Assembly (NCBI RefSeq): GCF_020745735.1
Contig: NC_083417.1
Location: forward strand, 17,112,001-17,176,000
Length of the DNA: 64,000 nucleotides
From: Hemiscyllium ocellatum
Lineage: Eukaryota
Reading direction: 5' to 3'
Positions 50,240-61,409 of the stretch are shown one piece after another (within the stretch, counting starts at the first letter, position 1; each line of letters starts with the position of its first letter). Both the position numbers and the translations under genes were made by a program. Under the pieces are notes generated by a model that was not told the DNA's origin, did no database searches, and worked only from the letters and a program-made list of their open reading frames with translations.

Positions 50240-51124
50240 CCGATCATTGAAGTTAAGATAATTGGTCTATAATTTACTGGACTTGTTCTATCAGTCATCT
50301 AGCACTGCTTTTTCTAATGATTCTTAAATATGTTTTAACAATGCCTCTGCAAACATTTCTCTCACTTTTAATATGTATGGAGGTAATTCACTCAGATCAA
50401 GATTTCTGTCAATCCAGATTTATTAATGATTTCTCCCTGTTCTCCCTTAAGTGCATTTCTATTCCTTTTGATCTCTTCTTCGCTTCCCATTTATGACAAA
50501 GGCAACAAGAAATCCATGAGGACATCACCTGGTAATTCCTCTCCAAACCACACACCGTACTGATTTGGGATTATATCCTTCATTGTCACTGGATTAAAAT
50601 TCTGGAGCTCCTTTCCTAGCAGCGCGATAGGTCTACCTCTATGCCAGGGATACAGTGGTTTGAGAATGCAGCTCAGCACTACCTTCTCTGGGGCATTTAG
50701 GGATCTGATTCTGATCTAGCAAATGACATCCACACCCCATGAACCAATATAAAAAATGCCTACCATTTAGGTTATTTTTCTGGTGAATATCAAGGCAAAA
50801 TAATTAATATTTTTGCCTTTTCACAGTCATTACTTAATTGTATGTCTATCCGTGGTCCTTTACCTATTCCCATTTTCCCTTAGTTAGTTTTGTGCTCGTT
50901 AAATAATTTGCTATACCTTTTTGAACTCCTGTATCATTTTGTGTTGTGGTTTCTTTATCTTCAATTTTTAAAACTTATTCCTGACCTCTCTGTATTCCCT
51001 TTTGTTGAGCCTTCTTTTTTTGAAAAGTGTTTGCCTTTTTAAGATTTCACTGTTAACCTTATTTCCTGTGCATCCTTAGTATGTCATCACTGGCTAGTAC
51101 TTGCCATCAAGTGGAATTTATTTA

Positions 51125-52050
51125 GTCATAGTCATACAGATGTGCAGCACGGAAACAGACCCTTTGGTCCAACCCATCCATGCCAACCAGATATCCTAAC
51201 CTACTCGAGTCTCTTTTGCCAGCACTTAGCCCATATCCCACCCATTTCATATTGTCTCGCTATCACCATTATTAGCAGCTAACCCAAGAATGCAACTTTA
51301 AAAAGGGTTTTGTGATTTACACATGAAAGAAGTGAAACTATCACTGTATTCTAACAGATGAAAGGCTTAACAGACAATCAATTTTTCAATGTATAATTTC
51401 AGTTACATCACACTGCAAAATTTTGCTATAAATTCTGTGTTACAATCGAGCCCTCCACAATCACCTGATGAAGGAGCGTCGCTCCGAAAGCTAGTGTGCT
51501 TCCAATTAATCCTGTTGGACTATAACCTGGTGTTGTGTGATTTTTAACTTTGTACACCCCAGTCCAACACCGGCATCTCCAAATCATGATTTTATAAACA
51601 TTATAAGGTCACCCCTCAACCTCTGATGCTCCAGGGAAAACAGCCCCAGCCTATTCAGCCTCTCCCAGTAGCTCAAATCCTCCAACCCTGGCAACATCCT
51701 TGTAAATCTTTTCTGAACCCTTTCAAGTTTCACAACATCCTTCTGATAGGAAGGAGAACCACAATTGCACGCAATATTCCAACAGTGGCCTTACCAATGT
51801 CCTGTCCAGCAGCAACATGACCTCTCAATGCCTATACTCAAAACTCTGACCAATAAAGCAAAGCATACCAAACGCTGTCTTCATTATCGTATCCACCTCC
51901 CACTCTACTTTCAAGGAGCTACGAATCTGCACTTCAAAGTCTCTTTGTTCAGCAACTCTCCCTCGGACCTGACCATTAAGTGTATAAGTCCTGCTAAAAT
52001 TTACTTTCCCAAAATGCAGCACCTTGCATTTATCTAAATTAAACTCCACC
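51125..52050 (-). mobile_element. CR1-clade LINE 3' portion, with a Penelope-like family-C element replacing ~51240-51590
   Basis: KCKVLHFGK and SSLKVE motifs; the CR1 tail resumes at 51125-51238. Confidence 0.85.
51462..51496 (+). ncRNA. Minimal type I hammerhead ribozyme motif (family C)
   Basis: CAC-CUGAUGA-A-GGAGC(GUC)GCUCC-GAAAG-CUA-GUG: stem I CAC/GUG, palindromic AGCU helix III, CUA triplet. Confidence 0.78.
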
Positions 52051-52059
52051 AAATAGAAT

Positions 52060-52555
52060 AGAATTGAAGGTTTTGGGGTGTTTTTTAAACATGCGAGTCA
52101 TACATACATGGGAGTGAGTTACACATTGGAATGTAATTGAGAGATTCATATAATCCCGACAGTGGGGAAACAAGTCCTTCAGCGCAACAAGACCACACTG
52201 ACCCTCAGAAGAATAACCCATCCAGACCCATTTCCCCACATTTACCCCTGACTAATGCACCTCACCTACACTTCCCTGAACACTGTGGGCAATTTTAACA
52301 GGATTTGGATTGAATGTTTAATATACAAACTAACAGATATCCAGGAGTGTGATACAGACTGGAATCTAATCAAAGGATTGAGGTGGCTAATGTACAGGGT
52401 CCCTTAAAAATGGAAGTCAGTTACAGATTGGAATTTTACCAAGGGGATTCAGGATGATTATGTGTAGAATAACAGATACTCAGGAGTGAGATGCAGACTG
52501 CAGTCAAATTTAGGGGATTGGGTGATCTATAGGCAGAGCAATGAGATACGAGAGG
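52060..52555. repeat. Degenerate ~69-70-bp tandem repeat (aacagata...ggagtgagttacagactggaat), split by an HE1 fragment (~52148-52298, minus)
   Basis: cagactg/cagattg cores at ~52354, 52423, 52493, plus a unit at ~52110. Confidence 0.65.
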
Positions 52556-54143
52556 AAAGAAAGCAGAGGAGAAAGTACCCACCATGGACCAACTCAGCAA
52601 TGAGCTGAGCCAGACAGGATTCAACTGCTCTATGTGGAGGTTTCCATGTATTCTGAAAGATGGGAGAGAAACAGGCAGATACTTACATTTTCTATTATGT
52701 TGCAGTCATATATATGAAGGACAGGGAATCCCTAAGCAGAGACGCAGAGTTAAACTCAGTTTAAACTCTCTCCATCACACACACCCACACATAGAAACTG
52801 AATTTATTCTCCTGAACTCTATTGATTATCGCCTTAAATGTTTCCACTTCTGATTAATTTCTTTGTTTGTCTGTAATACTTCCTCTTTTATTTTCCCTAG
52901 TTTCGTTCTCATCCCTGAGAATCACTTAGAGTCAGAATTAAGGGGTGTGAATTTAAGATCTCAGAGAGGATTGACAGTCTTTGGAACTCCTTGCAAAGAG
53001 AGCTGCGAGGGCAGAGTCCTTGTGTATATTTATGGCTTAGATCAGCGGAGAATCAAGGGTTACAGGAAAAGTGCAGGAAAGTGGACATGAGTAAAGTCAG
53101 ATCAGCCAAGATGCTACTGAATGGCAGAGCAGTATTGAGGGGCTGAACAGTGTACTCCTGTTCTACTTTGTCATGGCCTTATGGCCGATTATTTTGTTTC
53201 TTATTTATTCTTTTGAAATGTCTAATCTTAATGTTTATCTTAAATATTGTTATTGTTATAGCCACATAGTCCCCAATGCATCCTACACTTTCCATTTCTT
53301 TTCCTATCATTAGATCCAGCGGTGTTCCCTCTCATGGGTGTTTTACATTACAGGTAGGATAACTACAGTCTACGTGCTACAATCTAGCATAAATGTTCAA
53401 TTCTCTGTATTCCTTTTAGTACTTCTTGCCAATTTATTTCGGTCATTAAAATGTGCCAAATGGCTTCCCTTTGTTCCTATAGCAACAGTTACCCTGTAGA
53501 TAAATTCTGGCTGACTGCCTTCAGTCCTCTTAGAGGTATATTAGAGAAACCCATGAATAAAATATTAATAAAATAATCCTGCATGCCTAAAATGATCTGT
53601 GAATCATGTGATGCCTCTCAGCTCTGGATCCTTTACGCATGTGGGTGGGAAATGTTAATGTACTGTGGCCAATACAATACTCTTCACTTCCAATAATTTC
53701 CATCCTGTGGTTATGATAGAAATAGATTCTAACTCTGAAACATTGGATGGAGAATGGTAAGTGCAGCTGGTAAAATGCCTGGCAATGAATTGCACTTCAT
53801 TATGCAGGAGAGAGCTCTATTGGTACCTTTTCATGCATTCCCAAAATTTTGAAAATAGTTTGAGTTAACTTCCAGGGGGCCAAGGATCTCTGAAGATTTT
53901 CTTAAAATTCTGAACTTGATACCAGATTGAAGTCATGCTCAATATATGATCATACTACTAGATAGTATGAGGCATTCTTTCCAAGCAATCCTAGAGTCAA
54001 ATCAGGAAATGATTCTAACTGTCATTTTCATCTTTATGTGTATCTGAAGCTCCTCTATATTAAAAAAGATGCTCTTGTGGTAGCCTTTTCCTCTCTCAGT
54101 ATTGTGGTGGTGACTCTGCATTGAGCATCACGTAGTGTAGTCT

Positions 54144-54183
54144 GAGTTCTGAGGAAGGGTCACTCAACCTGAAACATTAACTC
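54144..54183 (+). ncRNA. Hammerhead-like motif (family D), probably decayed
   Basis: GAGUU-CUGAGGA-A-GGGU(CACUCA)ACCU-GAAAC-AUU-AACUC: 5-bp stem I; ACAU would be ACGU before CpG decay. Confidence 0.65.
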
Positions 54184-54460
54184 TCATTTTTCTCCACAGA
54201 CGCTGCCAGACGTGCTGAGCTTTTCCAGCAATTTCTATTTTTGTTTTTGTTTTACCGTGTTCACGGTCCTTTATTAGTTTTTATCACCTGGAGTGGCTGC
54301 AGTCTGCCTCAGCTGCTGAAGAGGAAGACAGTGGGATGAGAAAGTGCATGATTCACTGGACTCTGTTTTCCTGGGCCATTAGCTCAGCCATGTGAGTTGT
54401 TTGTTTCTGGTCACCTCTTCCAGTACCCTTCCAAATAGTCTGCCTCCAGTGGTGTATCCA

Positions 54461-54778
54461 GGGTGGCACGGTGGCTCAGTGGTTAGTACTGCTGCCTCAT
54501 GGCGCCAGGGACCTGGATGATTGTATGTGGAATTTGCACATTTTCCCTGTGTCTATGTGGGCTTCCTCTAGGTGCTCTGGTTTCCTCCCACAATCCAAAA
54601 GATGTGCAGGTAAGGTGAACTGGCCATGCTAAATTGCCATAGTGTTCAGAGATGTGTAGGATAGGTGTATTAGTTAGAGGTAAATGTAGAGTAATAGGTT
54701 CAGGGTTACACTTCGGAGGGCTAGTGTGGACTTGTTGGGCCGAAGGGCCTGTTTCCACACTGTAGCGATTCTATGATA
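54461..54778 (+). mobile_element. HE1-type V-SINE
   Basis: ggtggcacggtggctcagtggttag head, V-domain, ggcctgtttccacactgtag tail. Confidence 0.85.
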
Positions 54779-55686
54779 ACATTTTTTGTCAATATCTGTC
54801 ATCTTAATATCTTCCTTGTAGTGGAAATTTAGATGCCTAGGAGGTCATAACTCAGTGGCTAATTCACCATACAGAAGGTCTAAGTATACAGCCATCACCC
54901 ATTATTAGCCTGGCAATGACTGTAAGTTGATAAAATATGCATGCCCAAGGAACTCTGAGTGATGATGTTGTCTTATCGAAAGATGCTGAAAATACATCAA
55001 CAGCATCAGGACAAGAGAGGCCATGGTCCAACATGTTGGCATCGTGCTATTTATCAGCATTGACAAAATGACACTGGAGGTTGTTTAGACATATTCACAT
55101 ATGTAGGCTCCACAGTTCTCAACTGTATGGCTCTTGTTGCTGAAATCAACAGATATATCATAAAAACTGGAGCTGCTATGTCCCGTTGAGTAAGAGTGTG
55201 GACCAATAGCAAAGTGACTAAAAAAAAATAAACATTTTCCTTGTCAGTCTCCTCTACAGTGGCGAGACCTGGACAAAATATGCTGGAAAGGCAAAAAGAC
55301 TTAATCATTTCCACTTTTACTATCTCAGACATATCATTGGATTTCCTTGGTAGAACATCAACTGTACCCTTTCAGTGAATATTAATATCAAACAAAATTA
55401 AGATTTTAAAGTTCACCTGTATTCTTTATTATTTTACATACATACAAGCCAAATTTATACCTTTATATATTACTGTGCAAAATAATAAAGAAGTAAAGGC
55501 CTTGGATTCTTGTTTGTCTTACTGGTGGAACTAAGTCTCTGAGTGCTTGTTTGCATTTGTATATATATTTAACATATGTTACATAAGGAAATATCCTGAA
55601 GTATTGGACTATGGATAGAATAAAGCCATAGTAGGTTGTTTTATTTGTAACTTGTGGATAAATTTAATTTCATTATTATGACGGGT

Positions 55687-55913
55687 GTTGGGTGTAGGTT
55701 TGCTCGCTGAGCTGGAAGGTTCATTTTCAGACATTTTGTCAGGACACTAGATAACATCTTCAGTGAGTCAGCCTTTGGTCGAAGCTTCCTCCGGAGGCTC
55801 ACTGAAGATGTTACCAGTAGGGTGAGGAAACGTTTGAAAATGAACCTTCCAGCTCAACGAGCAAATCTACATCCAGAACTTCAACCTGAGCTACAAATCT
55901 TCTCAAAACTCAC
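55687..55913. mobile_element. Fold-back Penelope-like element (family B)
   Basis: Direct repeat tatgacgggt at 55677-55686 and 55914-55923; ctgaaga-t-gttacc...gaaacgtt motif. Confidence 0.8.
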
Positions 55914-56134
55914 TATGACGGGTATTATTAAACCAGTCTCAATATCTGCAACGCAATTGAAATGATTTGGTATCAAACACTTGGATATAACCCTGGACTT
56001 TGAATTACTTTCTAAAATACTCTTCCCTTAGGTTCGCACATTTAAAACTTTGGGCTAGTTATTCACAGTGCTGCACACAGACAAAATGTATTTTTCAGGT
56101 CAAGTATAGTTAGAAGGCAGAAGATACTTGGAGC

Positions 56135-56228
56135 TGAAAATGTCTTGCTGGAAAAGCGCAGCAGGTCAGGCAGCATCCAAGGAACAGGAGATTCGACGTC
56201 TCGGGCATAAGCCCTTCTTCAGGAATCG
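56135..56228 (-). mobile_element. Single-arm family-A element
   Basis: 16-bp direct repeat agaagatacttggagc at 56119-56134 and 56229-56244; hammerhead motif at 56191-56226 with a GAAA>GAGA change. Confidence 0.8.
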
Positions 56229-57011
56229 AGAAGATACTTGGAGCAAGGCATATAGTAATAAAACTTTGAAGATATGTAGCATTGTTCATAATGCATTCTT
56301 CATGCAGTAATGTTATAGAAGTGTTGCAGTGTAGAAGGAGGCCAATCAGCATATTATGTGTGCACCAGCTCTTCACATAAGCATCATTACCAGTGTCAAT
56401 TTCTTGCTTCTCCCCCTTACTGCTGCAAATTATTTATTTCGAAATAGTCATCCAATGCCCCCCTGAATGCCTCAGTTGAACCTGCCTTCCCTACATTTCC
56501 AAAGTGTATTCTAGACCCTAACTACTCACTGAGTGAAGAAGTTTTTCTGGAATCGCATTTGCTTCTATTGCAAATGACTTTAAATCCATGCCTTCTGAAT
56601 CTTGATCCTTTTATGAGTGAGATCAGTTTGTCCCTATCTACTCCATCAAGTCCGGTCTTGACTTTGAAAATCTGTATCTGATCTCCACTTAGCCTTCTTC
56701 CCTGCAAGGGGAAAACCCCCCAACTTCTTCAATCAATCCATAAGACTAATTACTGGAATTCCTCCTGCAAATCGCTTCTGCACTCTCCAATGTGTTGATA
56801 TCCTTCTTATAATGGGATGTCCATGTGCTGAACAGGAATTAAAAAAAAACACAGGGAAGTGCTGTGAAATACTCAGACAGTTGGTCAACACATCTGGAGG
56901 GAGAGAAGAGATAAAACTTCATGTCTCAGGTCCATGATCTTTGCATTTTGTTTTAACTCCTGTTCAGCATGCGGACACCCCATTATACAAAGGATGAGAA
57001 AACATTGGAGA

Positions 57012-57303
57012 GAGCACGGTGGCTCAGTGGTTAGTACTGCTGTCTCACAGCACCAAGGTCTCAGGTTCAATCCCAGTCTCAGGTGGATGGAGTTTGCACA
57101 TTCTCCTCATGTCTGTGTGGGTTTGGATTTCTTCCCACAGTCCAAAGGTGTGCAGGTCAGGTGAATTGGCCATACTAGATTGCCCATAGTGTTAGACTGC
57201 AATAGTCAGAGGGAAATGGGTCTGGGTGGGTTACTCTTCGGAGGGTTGATGTGGACTTGATGGGGCAAAGGGTCTTTTTCCACACTGTAGGGAATCTGAT
57301 CTA
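57012..57303 (+). mobile_element. HE1-type V-SINE
   Basis: gcacggtggctcagtggttag...ggttcaatccc head, V-domain, tail. Confidence 0.85.
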
Positions 57304-57629
57304 AAGAGCCCAGAAGCTATTTGCAGGAATAATTCCAGGACTAAGGAACTTCAGTTATGAGGATTGATTGAAGACATTGGGGCTGTTCCCCTTGGGAGAA
57401 TAAGACTAAGTGGAGGTCTGATAGAAGTTTTCAAAAGTTTAGAGAGAGATGTACCAGCAGATTGTCTGGATGTACAGAGGCAGATTGGTTACACAGCTTT
57501 GGGAGAAGGGATTGGGAGGAGAAGGAGTAAAACATGGGGCTGGATGAGAGGATGAAGAGAAGGAATGAGTGAGAAGTGTTAGACAAGGGAAAGATGAAGA
57601 CAATGTTGTGTCCCCTTTAACTGAAGTTG

Positions 57630-58900
57630 GAGACACCTAGTGGTGATGTCACCGCGCTGATGTATTTTCCAGGGAGTGCGGAAGCGGATCGGAATTCCAG
57701 CTCCAGCTGAAGGGAAAACGGGTGGCATTGGCACGTTGCAAATCCGAGTTCAGCCCGGCACCGGTCTCAGAGCGGTCCATTAACGAGAGCAGTTCTCCAC
57801 CGCTCAGCGCCGGGCTCCCTTTGCACCGAAAGCTCGGCCGTAGCCTTGAAACCTTTTATTTTTGTAACCGCAGCTCCTGTAGGAGCCCGAGTCTGTGTGT
57901 CATGGGCACTGGAATGAGTAAGGTATGTGGTAGACATGGGGCGTGTGTGTGTTGACAGTGTTGCCGAGAGAGAGAGAGAGAGGGAGGGAGAGGGTGGAGA
58001 GAGATGGGAGAGACAGATTGTTACAACTTGCTGAAATCGAATGGATTCCTTTGGGTGAAATTGCAAGCTCTGCCCTTTGGCGGCTCGCGTTTCCCACCGA
58101 TGTAATGAGAGCAATTGCTGACATTTCCAAAACACCACGGCGTTTGATCGGAAGTGAACAGGGTGTCTCCGCTGCGTGTTTGAACCACCGCTGGAAGGAG
58201 CCTCGCAAAAAGTTCACCAATTGCCCCCTCACCCTCTCCCATCCCACCCTGCCCCCCCCAAAAAAACTCAAATAACAGTTTGTGACGGTCGGTCGAAACG
58301 ATCTGGGTGGGTGGGGAATAAACAGTGCTTTTAAATCACCCTAAATTTAGGATTTGCTTTGAGACTGATCTCACCCCCACCCACCCCCTTTAAATGTCCC
58401 AGACAGGAAACTAACATGTTCATCCAGCGTTGCCTCGGATGGGATTTGTTGTAGCAACCAACAAAAATAAAACCCGAGAGTTCACAGGAAAGGTTAAGTT
58501 TGAAATCATTGATGTATTTTAAGGGGCGAGGCGAGGGAGAAGACTTCGCTGGGGGTGGCCTGAACCCCTCTATCCATTTCGCCCGAGGGACCTGCGTTTT
58601 TGGTCAGAATCCAGTCAAGGTGGTGATTGAAATGTGACCCGCGGTGGACGGCAAGGACAGTCCGACTGGTGTCAGTCAGGGAACACACTGGTCTTGACCC
58701 ACGCTGTCCTTGAATCTCAACCCCAATCCAACACTCTCTTCCTCGATTTCTACCCCACTCCCCTCTCGCTCCCTCAGAGATGAGCGGATGAACACCCACC
58801 TGTCTTAAAAGAGGCAGGAGGCTCTTGTGTTTCCAGGAGCAACCAGTGGGGGAATACAGACTTCACATTCTGTTCAAAACGAAACGAGGTTAAGTGTTTT
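57630..58900. promoter_or_regulatory. CpG-enriched, TE-free candidate promoter or enhancer
   Basis: Local CpG excess; CTCF-like CCACTAGGTGTC (minus, 57632-57643), GGAATTCC, TTGCAAAT, GGAAGTGAAC (58150-58159), TTCACAGGAA (58481-58490); no recognisable coding exon. Confidence 0.55.
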
Positions 58901-60893
58901 GTGCCTTTTAAATAAAAAATATGAGTGCACTGGCCTCACTCCTCTGCGTTTCTCTGCTGCACAGACGATATGCAGTAATTTTGTTGTCAACATTGCTGTT
59001 AGCATTTCTTCAGTGAATGTATTTGGAAGTTAGCACGCCATTGTGGTGCTGCATCTGATCCCAGCAGGCGACTTGGCAGTTGTTCATGCGGCAGGCTATT
59101 CTGGGAGCTTGGTCTGTTTAAATATATCTCCATGTACTCAGGCCTTGGGATACTTACTGTGAGTGCAGTAATAACAACTTTGATCTTCAAAGACCTGAAC
59201 GAGCCCACATTTTATCAGCCCAGCGTAATTAGGAACAGCGTACAGGTTAATGGAAAATAAGTAATGGTGCTCATTTGAAGAGCTGGTGCAGACATGGTGG
59301 GCCGATTGGCCTCCTTCTACACTGTAACACTTCTGTGATCAGTGCTAAACTTCTTTTACTCATTCACGGGATGAGGCTGTCGCTGTCTAAACCTAATTGC
59401 CCAGAGGGCTGTTAAGAGTCAACCCCATTGCTGTGGATCTGGAGTCACATGTAGGCCAGACCAGATGAGGATGGTAGTAGTTTCCCTTCCTTAAAGGACT
59501 TTGGTGAACTAGATAGGTTTTACTCTCACAATTGATAATGGTTTCATGGTTGTCATTAGATTCTTAGTCTCAGACTTGTATTGAATTCAAATTCCACCAC
59601 CTGCCATGGTGGGATTTGAACCCAGGTCCCCAAAACACTTCCTGGATCTCTGGATTATCAATCAAGGTTATCACATCCATGGGACTGTTCTTTGGCAAAA
59701 AAAAACATGGGGTTGCTTATATAGTTGATTGTACAAAAGATTGATTGATCAGAAACTGAACTGGACTAACCAGATGTAAATACTATGGCTGCAAGAGCAG
59801 ATCAGAGGCTGCGCATTCTGGAGCAACTAGTACACCTCCTATCTTCCAAAACCTTTTCCACTGCCTACAAGGCAAAAGTGAGGACTGTGAGGAAATAATC
59901 CCTACTTGCCTGAATGAGCACCTTTCTAATGTAATCCAACATGTTCAACCGCAGCAAGAGAAAGTAGCCTGCTTTCTTGGCATTTTGTCCTTGACCTTGC
60001 TCTCTCCACCACTGACAGTCTGCAGCAGCAGAATATTATCATCCACAAGACATACTACACCAAAGCTTCTTGGCAGCATCTTTAGAAATTGTGAAAATTC
60101 CAATCTCAATGGAAAAGGGCAGCAGGCCTATTTGAACAGCATCAAGTTTCTGTCTAAATCATCCATCATTATGACCTGGAAGCATGTCACTAATCCATGA
60201 TTGATAGTGCTTTTTGTGGGGAATCCCTACCTAACGTCACCTTGGCTGTCCCTTCCCATTAAAACTTCAGCGATTTAAGAAGCTTCCTCACCACCATATC
60301 CTTAAAGAAATGAAGGATGGAAAATAATGCAAGCATTTCTCAAAATGCTCACATCCTGTGAATGAATTGTAAAATAAAACTTTTTGCTTTTATTATTTAA
60401 GAGCAATGCATAGGGTATTAATTTTGTCAGCCCATGCTATCAGACGGTGGACTCAATTATTAATAGTACAATGGGAAAATTGCCTAAAGCTTCCTGTCTG
60501 TTTTGTTTTCAGCAGGTTTCTGTATATCTGATGAAGGGCTTTTGCCCAAAATGTTGATTTTCCTGCTCCTCGGATGCTGCCTGACCTGCTGTGCTTTTCC
60601 AGCACCACTCTAGTCTTGATTTTGCATATCTTAGATGATTGAATTATCTTAGAACAATGCACTGATGACTCTAGTTTTGAGTATTTGTTTGTAATACTTT
60701 TAAACATCTCAGCTTATATGATTTCCAGCACAAATAGTCTTTGTTAGTTCCCAGATAATTTTCTGAAAGATGTCCAGTCTGGTATTGGTACTTAATCTCT
60801 GGCTCTACTTGTAGTTTTAGGCAATCTACAGGGATCTGTGAACCAAACTAACTAATGAAACTCAGAGGAATTCAGTTATTAAATCCTATATGT

Positions 60894-61210
60894 GGGCGGC
60901 ACGGTGGCACAGTGGGTGGCACGGTGGCACAGCGTCAGAGACCCAGGTTCAATTCCCGCCTCAGGCAACTGACTGTGTGGAGTTTGCACATTCTCCCCGT
61001 GTCTGTGTGGGTTTCCTCCGGGTGCTCCAGTTTCCTCCCACAGTCCAAAAATGTGCAGGTGAGGTGAATTGGCCATGCTAAATTGCCTATAGTGTTAGGT
61101 GAAGGGGTAAATGTAGGCGAATGGGTCTGTGTGGGTTGTGCTTTGGCAGGTCGGTATGGACTTGTTGGGCCAAAGGGCCTGTTTCCACACTGTAAGTAAT
61201 CTAATCTAAA
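60894..61210 (+). mobile_element. HE1-type V-SINE, well preserved
   Basis: gggcggcacggtggcacagtgg (A box), ggttcaattccc (B box), V-domain, gtaagtaatctaatcta tail. Confidence 0.9.
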
Positions 61211-61409
61211 AACTAACCATTTGGGGATATTGTGGGAACAGTGCTCAGCTGTTGTGAGGCACGCCTATTAGACCTCCTGCCTGATGCATGTAGCAAAAGT
61301 GAGCCCTTGTCCCTCAGTCAAAGTGCTGCAGTCATAGTTTTTGGATCAAAAGGTAATAATCTATATTGGATACCAAAAATATCAGCAAGCCTTTTACTCA
61401 GCTATTAGA

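Noticed and set aside
57722-58275. Several overlapping 70-120 aa ORFs
   Set aside because: No recognisable domain; they run through a (GA)n tract and are expected in GC-rich DNA
58630-58690. tgtgacccgcggtggacgg resembling the IRF8 N-terminus (MCDRNGGRR)
   Set aside because: No in-frame ATG or acceptor, and no following LRQWLIEQ tryptophan-repeat sequence
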